A model generated the notes under the pieces. That model saw nothing but the letters and a program-made list of their open reading frames with translations. It was not told the DNA's origin and ran no database searches. DNA of 64,000 bases from Bugula neritina (lineage: Eukaryota; Animalia; Bryozoa). The stretch spans positions 32,735,504 to 32,799,503 of the forward strand of contig OZ037765.1 in NCBI GenBank assembly GCA_964035545.1, in the 5' to 3' direction. Below are positions 24,543 to 37,880 of this stretch, piece by piece. How positions within the stretch are numbered: the first letter of the stretch is position 1; every line of letters starts with the position of its first letter. The position numbers and the translations under genes were made by a program.

Positions 24543-27500
24543 TCAGGACTGGCTCGACTACAAAGCACACAAGATAAGGTAGAAGTAACAAATATAATCT
24601 CTTTAATGCTTGAGCATAACTATTTCCAAAAATTGGAAGCTATTGGAAGTTTAGTTCCAATGAAAGAAAAGACAATAATTCTTAAACACCTTTGTGAGAA
24701 AAGGTTAGAATTGGTTAGAAACCAAATCATATGAAAGTAATAGTGGAACAGCTGGATATGACTTGATAGCAGAAATAGGGGCTAATAAAGTTTCTGTAAT
24801 TAATAGCAGTGACTACTTACAGTAACAGTGTTCAGTTCTTCCATCACTTTGTCAACACAGTGCTTCATAAACACGTACTACAATTACATAATACATTAGT
24901 ATACACAACAAAATATGTACAATCTAAGTGTGCACATTAATTCACCAGTGCACACAATATACCAACATGTATAAGAGTTTTAACACTCCAAGGGTTGAGC
25001 TACAGTTATCTTTTGAGAAAAAAAACATTACACTAAGGTAAAGTGCTTACATGGTATTCAGTTTGATTCAAGAGATGTAATAAATAGATGTGCTACCTAT
25101 ATTATATTACATAATATACATATTACATAATATACATTATATCATATCATTTAACATAATATAATACATTATTATATTAGTTAACATACATTGTATCATA
25201 TTACTCAATATATATTACATAAGAATATTATATAATTTATATTATAATATTCTAGAACTTATATTATATAACTGCATATTATATTATTGTATCATATAAC
25301 TGTGGGTACTACATTACATTATATAACTATACATAAAACACCATGTAGAATAGGAACTAACGTGAGGTGTATAAACTTTGATGGTTCTTGGTTTTTTCCC
25401 TTCTCTCTCATATTCAAAATAGAAACAAGAAAGCTCATGGTTCACGTCGTACGAAACCACACTCAACCACTGAAAGTCTATGACATTTCCCTGCAAGTGT
25501 CACACAATGATATGATAGAAAACTATGATGTATCAGACTCATATATGTCATGTGACTCAGCTTAAAATCTGCTGACAGCTTAGATATCGTTATTATATTA
25601 GAGAGCACATCATTTATAGAAGTTGTTCATCATAGAGCAAAAATACATTATACTAGTTATTAAATTGAATTGTCAATGAAATAACCTTATCAAATTTAAT
25701 CATCTTTCGATTATTATTAAAATTAGGTAGTTACTTTTAATGATTAAAAAAATATTTAATTAAAATGAAACCCTGTTCTACATCCACCACTGGCAGTGGT
25801 GCAGTATCTAAATCCACCACTTAATAAACACACACCTCCAGCACTCCGTGGTCGTCACAGGCATGTAGTTTGAGGTTTTTGATACCGACGGACACGATGA
25901 CGAATCCATCTTTTCTCGCGTCACATTTACAGAACGGGAAGGTTATGGAGCCGTAGCCAGGCAACTTTCTCACTGCCTTCAGATACTACAATACCACAAC
26001 AGGAAGTTATACAACAGGAAGTGACTCACCAACTCAAGTGACAGGAAACAGAAATTATACTTTGAATGAAAACAAGATATTTCTAAGCAGTAAGCTAATT
26101 TTCTAAATTGGGTTGACCCTGTTGTTACAAGGAGTTGTGAAAGAGTGCTAGGAGCACTGGCCTAGTAAGTGTCAGGTGCTAGGGCTATTAGTGATGTCAG
26201 GAAGGGCATTTGATCTTTAACACTTCTGTGTATAAATAAAAACCCCAAACCATATTTTAGCATGATCAGAATCACAGCACTTAGTTGAGTTAAAAACCTC
26301 AGGTGTTGTCATGATGACTTTTAATAAACATCAGTTTATCATCATAGGGACATTACAAGTCCTGCATTTCTACCTGACACCTTGCATGTACTGTTTAATA
26401 AATTCTACTATCCACAGTAATGACTAGAGCAGGTGACTAGATGCAAATTGATGCCCTGTGGTGATAATAGTAACTACTAATACCTTAGACACTATTATTA
26501 CAGAGTTCCAAATATGTATGAAGTAGAGAAATTTATGTTTAAATAACAGTAGACACAGTATCATTTATACAGAGTATAGTGTAGAGATATCTCTATACTA
26601 TACTCTGTTTAATAGTATAGAGAGATATTATACAGAGTATAGTACAGAGATATACTATTAAACAGAGTATAGTATAGAGATATACTATTAAACAGAGTAA
26701 TCTGTGGCCAAACCTGTATCTGTTTCTGTGGATCTCCCTTAGCCGTGTCTCTGAGTGTCTTCAGCTCAAAGTCATGCTCTTCTATAGTAATGAACCCTCT
26801 AGATATGGCATCCGACGCCTAGAACACAGGCTATACTTAGTGAGATGTGACACACTGTATTGGCTATTTGGTGTAAACTACTCCAACCAGTAGTTTGGAG
26901 GTGTGGCTGAACGTTGACAACGAGTACTAGAGGAATACCTTAGTTAATACTAGAGGAACACCTTAGTTAATACTAGAGGAATACCTTAGTTAATACTAGA
27001 GGAATACTTTAGTTAATACTAGAGGAATACCTTAGTTACTACTAGAGGAATACTTTAGTTAATACCAGAGGAACACCTTAGTTAATACTAGAGGAATACC
27101 TTAGTTAATACTAGAGGAATACTTAGTTAATACTAGAGGAATACCTTAGTTAATACTAGAGGAATACCTTAGTTATTACTAGAGGAATACCTTAGTTAAT
27201 ACTAGAGGAATACCTCAGTTAATACTAGAGGAATACTTTAAGTAATACTAGAGGAACACCTTAGTTAATACTAGAGGAATACCTTAGTTAATACTAGAGG
27301 AATACTTTAGTTAATACTAGAGGAATACCTTAGTTACTACTAGAGGAATACTTTAGTTAATACCAGAGGAACACCTTAGTTAATACTAGAGGAATACCTT
27401 AGTTAATACTAGAGGAACACCTTAGTTAATACTAGAGGAATACGTTAGTTAATACTAGAGGAACACCTTAGTTAATACTAGAGGAACACCTTAGTTAATA

Positions 27501-30500
27501 CTAGAGGAATACCTTAGTTAATACTAGAGGAATACCTTAGTTAATACTAGAGGAATACCTTAGTTAATACTAGAGGAACACCTTAGTTAATACTAGAGGA
27601 ATACCTCAGTTAATACTAGAGGAATACCTTAGTTAATACTAGAGGAATACCTTAGTTAATACTAGAGGAATACCTTAGTTAATACTAGAGGAATACCTTA
27701 GTTAATACTAGAGGAATACCTTAGTTAATACTAGAGGAATACCTTAGTTAATACTAGAGGAATACCTTAGTTAATACTAGAGGAATACCTTAGTTAATAC
27801 TAGAGGAATACTTTAGTTAATACTAGAGGAATACCTTAGTTAATACTAGAGGAATACCTTAGTTAATACTAGAGGAATACCTCAGTTAATACTAGAGGAA
27901 CACCTTAGTTAATACTAGAGGAATACCTTAGTTAATACTAGAGGAATACCTCAGTTAATACTAGAGGAACACTTTAGTTAATACTAGAGGAATACCTTAG
28001 TTAATACTAGAGGAATACCTTAGTTAATACTAGAGGAATACCTTAGTTAATACTAGAGGAATACCTTAGTTAATACTAGAGGAATACCTTAGTTAATACT
28101 AGAGGAACACCTTAGTTAATACTAGAGTAACACTTTAGTTAATACTAGAGGAACACTTTAGTTAATACTAGAGGAACACTTTAGTTAATACTAGAGGAAT
28201 ACCTTAGTTAATACTAGAGGAATACCTTAGTTAATACTAGAGGAATACGTTAGTTAATACTAGAGGAACACTTTAGTTAATACTAGAGGAACACCTTAGT
28301 TAATACTAGAGGAATACCTTAGTTAATACTAGAGGAATACCTTAGTTAATACTAGAGGAATACCTTAGTTAATACTAGAGGAATACTTTAGTTAATACTA
28401 GAGGAATACCTTAGTTAATACTAGAGGAATACCTTAGTTAATACTAGAGGAATACTTTAGTTAATACTACAGGAATACCTTAGTTAATACTAGAGGAATA
28501 CCTTAGTTAATACTAGAGGAATACCTTAGTTAATACTAGAGTAACACTTTAGTTAATACTAGAGGAACACTTTAGTTAATACTAGAGGAACACCTTAGTT
28601 ACTACTAGAGGAATACCTTAGTTAATACTAGAGGAATACCTTAGTTAATACTAGAGGAATACCTTAGTTAATACTAGAGGAATACCTTAGTTAATACTAG
28701 AGGAATACCTTAGTTAATACTAGAGGAACACTTTAGTTAATACTAGAGGAATACTTTAGTTAATACTAGAGTAACACTTTAGTTAATACTAGAGGAATAC
28801 TTTAGTTAATACTAGAGGAACACTTTAGTTAATACTAGAGGAACACTTTAGTTAATACTAGAGGAATACCTTAGTTAATACTAGAGGAATACCTTAGTTA
28901 ATACTAGAGGAATACCTTAGTTAATACTAGAGGAATACCTTAGTTAATACTAGAGGAATACCTTAGTTAATACTAGAGGAATACCTTAGTTAATACTAGA
29001 GGAATACTTTAGTTAATACTAGAGGAATACTTTAGTTAATACTAGAGGAACACCTTAGTTAATACTGGAGGAATACCTTAGTTAATACTGGAGGAATACC
29101 TTAGTTAATACTAGAGGAATACCTTAGTTAATACTAGAGGAATACCTTAGTTAATACTAGAGGAACACTTTAGTTAATACTAGAGGAACACCTTAGTTAA
29201 TACTAGAGGAATACCTTAGTTAATACTAGAGGAACACCTTAGTTAATACTAGAGGAATACCTTAGGTAATACTGGAGGAATACCTTAGTTAATACTAGAG
29301 GAATACCTTAGTTAATACTAGAGGAATACCTTAGTTAATACTAGAGGAATACCTTAGTTAATACTAGAGGAATACCTTAGTTAATACTAGAGGAATACTT
29401 TAGTTAATACTAGAGGAATACCTTAGTTAATACTAGAGGAACACTTTAGTTAATACTGACCCATATTAGCAGTAATTACCCTCAAAGAATGAATATATGC
29501 ACAGATCCCAATTTATTCACCTTGAAGGTAACACAAAGTTTTACTGATTGTTAGTATTAAATAAAAGTAGACATCACACGACTTTTACCAACTAGTTGCA
29601 GTTTTTCGTAAACACAGACATACAATATACACTATAGGTTTGACCACAATACCCAGCTATGTTTAACAGTCAGCTTAGGAGTTGTCTTTGAGAACAAATA
29701 AATTTGCATTAGAAACATAAATTACAACAAAAAAATTAACCCGTTACACTATAAGTTTTGTTATACAATAATATAACTCAAGCAATATCAAATAATAAGA
29801 TGTATTTCGTGTTGAATGATTACAACTCATAATGCCACGCAGCAATACTATATAAAGTTCTTGTTAGATCATGCATAAATCTTAATAAGTTAAAATATTA
29901 TTAGTTTTTAGCAATGTGCAACGTCGCTTAAAAAGAAGATAACTTCGAATAGAAAAAAGAAACATAATATACTAAAACCGCTGCCTATTATACAGTACGA
30001 CAGCAGCAGCACGCATCTCGTCACAGGCAATAGCCGACACCACTCCTACCTCCCAGAATATGTAGTTCAAGGCCGTATCGTCATGACATAACTGAGACTC
30101 CAGTTTCGTGTTGAACAGCCAACGCTTCATGGCAATGCAGGTGACTTCCCCATTCTTGTAGTTGTCTATATATACTTCGTGTACTTTCTCGCTCGGTGCC
30201 AACAGACGAACTAAATTAGGAAAAAAACATACAGCATTTTATTATTAGTACAATTATCATAATAATAAAGTTATTATAATAATATTTTATTCTGACCACA
30301 CTGTATGACACTCCATATTGGTTATTGGCTCCATTAAACTAATTAATATTTATTTTAGTATCATTTTTACAATAATAGAAGTGTAAAGAGGTGAAATTTA
30401 ATTTGACAATCAACTTAAAATTTGAGAAAAACACAGCCTATAAAACTTTATGCCACCTAGGGCTTTTTAGATGTCAAGATAAGTCATGCGACATATGAAT

Positions 30501-33500
30501 TCTAACCAAAGCAGATCTTTTGCACTGCAATAAATATTCTAAAATAGAGTCTAACAATATGTCTGAAAATAGGTACCATTTAAAAATCATTTACTGTACA
30601 AGACACACCAAAATGACAGTTTTGGCGTTCTTAATCACAAAGTGTATTTGGCTAAAGGAGACATAATTGGCGGAAAATTCAAGTTCTCTAACAATATAAC
30701 AACGTGTAAATGACAGAAAACCCCTACACATTTGATTGATTCATCAAATCACGTCCGAAACTTGCTAAAGCAAAATTGTAATTCATCATAACTATAATCC
30801 CTTATGAGAAATTTTGACACTGCTATGTCCAACATATCAATACAAACTTCCCAATATCCTTCCTTTAATTTCCTTATCCTAATCTTTACCTGCATAGGCA
30901 CATAGAGAACGAATGTGGAATAAGGTAAGTGGGTGACTGAGTGAGCTAAGAGTAACAATATTATAAATGCTGACGGAAAGACTGAGGAAAGATGACTCAC
31001 TAAAGTTGTTCTCCAGCATCTGAAAAAGACTGAAGGCCATGGCGGTCTCCTCGGATATCTCCATCTTCTTCACCAGCTGCTCGTAGGCGTGCTGGGTGCT
31101 GCCGTGACGAGGTATGCAGACGGTGCAGATGCTTCTGTCCGGCAGCTGTATTCGCATCTCCACTTCGGTGCTTGCGCTGTCGGGGGCAGCGTGAGCTAAC
31201 AGCTGCTTGGTGTGAGCCTGTGCGTCGCTCTACAGCATACCCGAGTACTAACTGACACATTAGAGTACTGAATGACACTTTAGAGTACTAACTGACACAT
31301 TTAGGTACTGACTGACACAATATTTTCAAAATTTCTACAGAAACTTCACTCTAGCTGGTGAATGCATATTGACAAGCCTTGATTCAGTCACTTTTCGACA
31401 ATCAATATAAACTTGTAGTACAGAAATTCAATAAAAAAGTCAATCAATTAACCGTTCAAATTAATAACATAAATAATTGACATGTTAGATGGCCATCTTA
31501 CATGCTTTGAATTTTCTGAGTGGTTATTTTCTTCTTCCATCTCCGGATAGAGGAATTCTTGCATTATGTTGTGCTCGGCTATGACCTTGACAGCTGAGAC
31601 TGAAAACCCCGCAGACATACATTAGTATAGTACATAGTACATAGTAGTAGTAGAGTAAAGAGTAGTAGAGTAGAGTGTAGTAGAGTAGAGAGTAGTAGAG
31701 TAGAGGGTAGTAGAGTACAGAGTAGTAGAGTAGAGAGTAGTAGAGTACAGAGTAGTAGATAGTAGAGAGTAGTAGATAGTAGAGAGTAGTAGATAGTAGA
31801 TAGTAGAGTAGAGGGTAGTAGAGTACAGAGTAGTAGAGTAGAGAGTAGTAGAGTAGAGAGTAGTAGAGTAGAGAGTAGTAGAGTAGAGAGTAGTAGAGTA
31901 CAGAGTAGTAGACAGTAGAGCAGTAGAGTAGTAGTATGTTGATATAAAGTATATCCACCTTTTTCTATGTAGGTTTCAAGGCCCCTCCGTCTGTTGTCCA
32001 GCTTTTGCTCCGACAGCGAAAACGGCCATTTCCCCGGCAGCTTAGGGAAAGGATAATCTATAAAGTGCCTCTTCAGAGCGTTGTGTAGGTCAACAAACTG
32101 ACTGTATCTCTTGGAGCAAATCAGCTTCCCGGACATATAGATGTTGAAAACCTGAAGTAATGCAGTATTCTATTGGTTAAATGCGACACAGCAGTTTAAT
32201 GCTGGTTGAATACTAAACAGTATATGTAACACAATATTCTATTGGTTAGATACAACACAGCATTGTATTGGTTGCATTAGAATGAAAAATTGTTTTATTC
32301 AAAAGGGCTACATAAAAATGTGAAAATACTTCAGTTCAGTTATTGTCCCCGCATTGACAGAATAAGTGTTGCAGATGGCTGACAGCATCATCCCTACTAG
32401 GGTGCTGACTCAAAGCTGACACTCACTATGTATGTTTCCTCAGTTGTTTCTATGGTGCGGTAGTCGGGTATAGAGATGGGTAGAGTCTTCCTCTCGGTGT
32501 AGTCGTAGTCAATATCCGGGTAGTCATCGCTAGCGTTGGAAACTTGTGACAAGGAGGTAGAAACAGGCTCTGTTGGTACAGCTATCACTGTAACAGTATG
32601 ACATCATATCTCTATATGACATCATATCTCTATATGACATCATATCTCTATATGACATCATATCTCTATATGACATCATATCTCTATATGACATCATATC
32701 TCTATATGACATCACATCTCTATATGACATCATATCTCTATAGGCACCAGACATGGATCTGGAGATGAGTTTAATATAACCATAGAAAGGTTAAAGTATT
32801 CCGCTACCTGAACAGGACTAAGCAGAGATAGGTGAGAATAGAAAGGTAAAATATAATATACACAGCATAAAAAGGCAAAATATAGAATTATGTAAACATA
32901 GAAAGGAATTATATTGAAATGTCATCTATTGAGAGGCAAAGTCTAGATTCACACAGTATAGAAGTACAGAGTAGGAAAATACCAACTGTAGAAAGGAAAG
33001 ATAAGTAGACAGAACATAAAATGGGCAAAGTATAGAAATGAAGTGTAGAAAGGTATGCTGTAGAAATTCTATGTAGAGAAAGACAAAACATAGAAATGTT
33101 AAAATCTTGGCTACAAAGTATCAAAAGATAATGGACATGGAAATGGTTGAATGGATTTTGAGAAACGACCTTTTCACTCCCTGTTAGTTAACCAACTCAG
33201 ACTTTTACTAGAGCAAGTAGTTCATTAGAATGCTAGAGGCTGAGTCATTCTATTTAATGACAGGACTGTCCAACAGGCAGCCCCAGGGCTGGATGTCCCC
33301 CCCCCCCTACATTTATGTGGCCCTTAAAGGCATAAAGCTAATATTAGTGTTCACACATATACATGAATTAGAGTGAAAAACCTCCTTTTAAATGTCTTTT
33401 TTTTACACATGCTACAAAAGATGCAGCCTGTAGTAACTATTGGGACTTAATTGCATAATGATTCATGAGAATTTAGAATAAAATAATTTAAAAGATTTTG

Positions 33501-35933
33501 ATGCTGTGGCTCTGAGCTCAAACCAAAGTTTACGATGTGCCCTCACCATGGAATATTCTCTTTTAGTGGCTCTCCGTCTAAAAAAACGGAGGGCTAGAAG
33601 TGACTAGAGTGTGACTTGCAGTCTGAAGGCTTCACAGCCACTACTGGAAGTATTGGAATGGGAAGTTAGACATTGTGATTGATCTTAGCTGCGGGAGGAA
33701 AAAAAGTACTGAATGCTGTAGCTTTTGTTGATTGTACAATCAGCACAATCAGCTAATCTTAGCACAACCATATTATAAAGGTATTACAGCAGAAGACACA
33801 GTGATTAATTTCACAGTAACATCCATGCAGTGTAATTCTAATGATAATGTAAAAAGTGCAATAAACAACATTTTACTGGAAATATCTAAAGAGCATCATT
33901 TATGTTCACAAAAAGCATTCATTAGAAAATATTCTCTTTAACCTTGCATAACATATATCTTCTGTATACACTATCATTACACTAGCAGGTAGAATGCCAA
34001 GCTTTGCAATGAGATAAAGAAGTGGCAGGAGTAGTTAGTGAACACACAGCCCTTTACGTATCAGATATGACACATGATAAGGGAGAGTGATGGAGTCTAA
34101 TTGATACATAGCTGTTACAGGAAGGTATAGTACAGTGCTGACAGCTGGCAGCTTTAGGTCAACAAGTATGAATTCCTTCTGACACAAAAAGTAGACAGCT
34201 AAGTGTCAGGGTGTGTGAAGGTATCAGTCAGACTTGTGTCTTAGGGTATCAGATGCTTTTAACCAGAAAGCTGTAAATTTACTGAATTAACTCGGTATAA
34301 AGATAATATGCCTATTATAAAACCTTTTTCAAAAATTAGGCAAGCAGAGACTAAGAAGGCTTGTAAAAGTTTAACGAGAACTTGTGAATGTTTCTTGTCC
34401 TTTTATATCTATGCATTGAATAGAATGAGTAGAGCTCAAAATTTCTTATACGACAAGGGAGTAGGTGACCTCAAAATTTGAGGGAAATAAGTTCAAGCAA
34501 CTTTACTTCTCAGATAAGAGGTCATTTATCAGACCAATGAACACGATTGGTTACTGCCAGTTTGTAAAGTACCTGATTGGACACCCTTGAGCCAATAAGA
34601 CAACAGCATACATGTGCAAAAATCTTTAGGAGCACAAACAGAAAGACTTCGACTGAATAGCATGATTAGAACAAACTATTTTTCAACAGGCAACCGACTG
34701 TTAGCTAACGCAAACTAGCTTGGTCTACATAAATACTTCTATGTCACTAGCATAACTAATTAACTGGATTGAGTGAGTAACTCTGATGACAGAGGAAAGA
34801 AATCGCACAAAAGTTCCACAAGCATACAAATAGAATAAAGATGAGCAAAACAAATAACTAAAATAACAAAAACAGTGACAATATGTACAAGACACAGACT
34901 GAGTAATACATGAGGAATGAGCAGGTTTTTACCTGATAACGACAACTTGTCTCCCCCTGATCTTATTAAATCCACCACTTGTTTATGAGTAGCACCTTCC
35001 ACATCCACTCCATTACTGTGTACAAATAATTTTGTTATAAAAAATCCTTTTGAACATATGATAATGAGATTTTATACAAATTTAATTAATTTTCATTCTA
35101 TCAATCAGTTTCACAAGGTGACAAATATTAGTAACAAGTAGAGAATATACTGCATAATATACTGTCTTTCAAGTTCTTTTAGCCTTATTTTTAAAGTTAC
35201 ATCAATGACTCATTGGTTAATAAGTAAACATTTAGTTATTATTAGTGGGGGAGACTACAAATTCATCACAAAATTTGGCTGTAGATGTTATTTACAACTG
35301 ATGAAAGAAGATTCGGCTTCAAGTCCAAATGACTCATACTAGTCACAGCTAGCTATTAGAATGTACTTTTTAAATTTTGAGAATTAATTTCAACTCAACT
35401 GTAACCTAATTATTCATAACAGTATGTATTATATTATAAAATAGGCTAGTTTTAAATACAATAGCCTGAATATACAACCATCAACCATAATAATTTTCTT
35501 CCAATCATATTTAAACACAACTTGCCAAATATCAATTAATTGAAATAGATAGAATAATTAATTAAATTAATTTTTGAAAATTATTTTAACCAATTTAAAC
35601 AGATGCGACAGCTTATTCTCAAACAGTACAACAACAAAATATATAGAAATTTCATACTCACACGGCAAGAATTCTGTCACCAACAATAATGCCTGCCTTT
35701 TCAGCAGCTCCACCTTTCAACACGGCACTAACATGTTGCAGAGGTGCATAAAGCTCTCCATTGATACTCTTCATTTGCCCTCCTTCTGTAACTTGGCCAC
35801 GCACGTTGAACCCAAAACCAGTTTCTATTTTCTCAACGATGACATTTCTGGGTCCAGACGGCACTTGAGAACCGTTTGCGTCACCTGAACCGTCAAATCC
35901 CTCTTGATCTTCCTGGTCATCAATATCAGCCAT
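24543..35933 (-). CDS. SNX27: Sorting nexin-27 (PDZ-PX-FERM-like)
   Basis: Exons in transcript order: 35662-35933, 34933-35015, 32427-32587, 31959-32151, 31502-31599, 31001-31229, 30050-30210, 26714-26818, 25836-25985, 25362-25490, 24821-24877, 24543-24557 (alternative unspliced stop at 24800). [17 protein letters not shown]...[16 protein letters not shown]...[14 protein letters not shown]; PX KRYSQF...[25 protein letters not shown]; [33 protein letters not shown]. Confidence 0.95.
26140..26222 (+). mobile_element. Degenerate SINE fragment
   Basis: ggcctagtaag...ggctattagtgatgtcaggaagggcat matches the SINE head and core. Confidence 0.5.
26563..26698. repeat. ~30-bp degenerate tandem repeat (ACAGAGTATAGTATAGAGATATACTATTAA)
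   Basis: Tandem copies next to the SNX27 donor at 26713. Confidence 0.7.
26925..29457. repeat. 23-bp minisatellite (TACTAGAGGAATACCTTAGTTAA), ~110 copies, in SNX27 intron 7
   Basis: Highly homogeneous head-to-tail array with few variants (AATAC/AACAC, CCTT/CTTT) and no spacers. Confidence 0.97.
31242..31318. repeat. 20-bp tandem repeat (GAGTACTAACTGACACATTA), ~4 copies
   Basis: Sits ~10 bp from the SNX27 acceptor at 31230. Confidence 0.8.
31625..31936. repeat. TAGAG/TAG-based compound minisatellite (~15-bp unit TAGAGTAGAGAGTAG) filling SNX27 intron 4
   Basis: Direct observation; it produces the spurious Y/L-rich ORFs. Confidence 0.9.
32598..32741. repeat. 18-bp minisatellite (ATGACATCATATCTCTAT), 8 copies
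   Basis: Tandem array ~8 bp from the SNX27 acceptor at 32588. Confidence 0.95.
33261..33595 (+). mobile_element. Non-autonomous hAT(Charlie)-like DNA transposon, copy 1 (retains 5' TIR)
   Basis: Starts CAGGACTGTCCAAC; ~300 bp colinear with 49463-49759, whose end GTTGGACAGCCCTG is the complementary TIR. Confidence 0.65.
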
Positions 35934-37555
35934 ATCTGTCTTGATCCCGGCTATGTTCAAGGTCACTTAACAGTGTTTGCTTAGAGTGAAACTTCAGAAT
36001 CTTAATAATCCTGTGGCTAAACTTCGAGTAAGAGTCAGTCTTGGGCTACACTTCAAATTACTACAAATATTAGCAAGTATATTACTAAATAAAAGAAGAT
36101 GTAACTAATAATATAAATATTACTAAAAGTAGTAAAGCTTCAGTTACTATTGACCCAAAACTAATTCAGAGTAAGTAAAACTAAATGCCCAATAGGTATA
36201 GCCCATTTGGCGGTTCAGTGAACAAAATTAATTTGTAATTAGAAATTAAAAGTTAGCCCTCATTACTTAAGCCTAATGACAAACATTGGCACGGACTCTT
36301 GGCTTTGTGTCTTACACTCACACCTAGTGTTACGTCCTAATTATTGGCCTTTGCACTCTTTGGCCTTGTTTTCGTATTCAGAGTGAAAGCAAAAATCAGT
36401 GTAAGTGTCACTATTATTATTAAAATTATCTCCAATATTGCAAGTGCATTAGTTTAACACCAGGCTTTGTCTGCAGCCTAATTTAGTAATTACTAATTGG
36501 GCTATAAACCTACAAAGTAAATAAAAGGTAAAAGTTATTACAAGTTTGAATTTATCCTACTTCCTTAAAGTTAAATTTAAATACTAGAGAGTAGACTGTA
36601 GAGCCAGAGGCAGAGTTGATACTAATACTTATACTGATAGCAGCTATCTTAAAGTTAAAGTTATTGTTAATCTTAGACTTAAAGTTAACAATAACTGTTA
36701 AGGCTACCTTAATACTAATACTAATAGTAAAACTAGAAGCAATATTATCATATCACTACTAGTACTACTTTTTGGCTTTTATACTTTTCACTTTATTGCT
36801 TCCAATACTTATACTACTACTGACACTGACAGTGACACTACCGCTACGGCTACCAGTACGGTGAGTACCAGTGTGAGTGTCACTGTCAGTGTACCAGTTT
36901 CAGTTTCGTGGCTTTCTATACCAACAGGCTGATGGAATAAAAACACAGTACAACAAACATTGATAAATAGAATACCATTCGTAAAAGATAAAGTCTTGCC
37001 AACTCAAACTTGATTTACTTTTGGCAACAACTACAGACTTGGAATAAAAGTTAACAAAATTACAATTATTGAATTTGATATGCTGTCTACTAGTGCCAGT
37101 GGGATTCTCCCTCAAAGTCAAGGACTAATTAATGTCACTTGTAGTGTAAATATTCTCATGTCAACGTTCGTTATATTATCGAAATCTTACTACAAAGTTA
37201 CTGCACGGAGGTCATTAAATACACAGTTTACAAGAAAAGACAACTAACACATTTTCAACACGGCCTACACCCATTTTGTTGCGATTGCTTTAGAAAAAAT
37301 TAGGTTAATATCTTATATTTTCTTCAAGCCACGATTTTTAGAAGACAAAAAAGTTTGAGCTACCATTTATTATTATTTGTGTATATTTACATCTTGCCAT
37401 GCACAAAGATCACATTTTATTGAGATATATACAATTTTATTTAAGCTATAGCATAGCAAAGGGTAATTAATATCAATATAATTGTTTAGGTAATTGAATA
37501 CTGAATAGACAATGTAAAATGTATACACTAAAAAAACTACGACTACAAACCAAAT

Positions 37556-37604
37556 AGATAATCAGCATTACAGATAATCAGCATTACAGATAATCAGCAT
37601 TACA
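37556..37604. repeat. 16-bp triplication (AGATAATCAGCATTAC) in the SMARCE1 3' UTR region
   Basis: Three direct copies. Confidence 0.85.
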
Positions 37605-37880
37605 ACAATGAAAGAATTCAACTAAACAATAATATTGTAATAATGTGTTACAATAACAAGTAATATACATGTATTATACACCATCAAGTGTTAGACTAGC
37701 ATATGATTCAAAAGGTCACCATGGATCTTATAAATCTTAGCTTTACTTCCAGACTTCTGCCACTATTTGTCAACTTCCTGTATCATTGACTAATTAAAAA
37801 TCTTTATAAACAAAGAATTATAGCTCAGGTACTGTTCCAATGTTCCAAGAGAATTCCCCAAATCGCAGAGTAAATGCAAA

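Noticed and set aside
26925-29457. CRISPR-like array (23-bp repeats)
   Set aside because: Units are head-to-tail with no unique spacers, there are no cas genes, and the array lies in a spliceosomal intron of an animal gene.
31524-31958. Tyr/Leu-rich ORFs (YYSLL)n and (LLLST)n
   Set aside because: Translations of an intronic repeat; the SNX27 exon ends at the donor at 31958.
32530-32754. ORF (YRDMMS)n
   Set aside because: Translation of the 18-bp intronic minisatellite.
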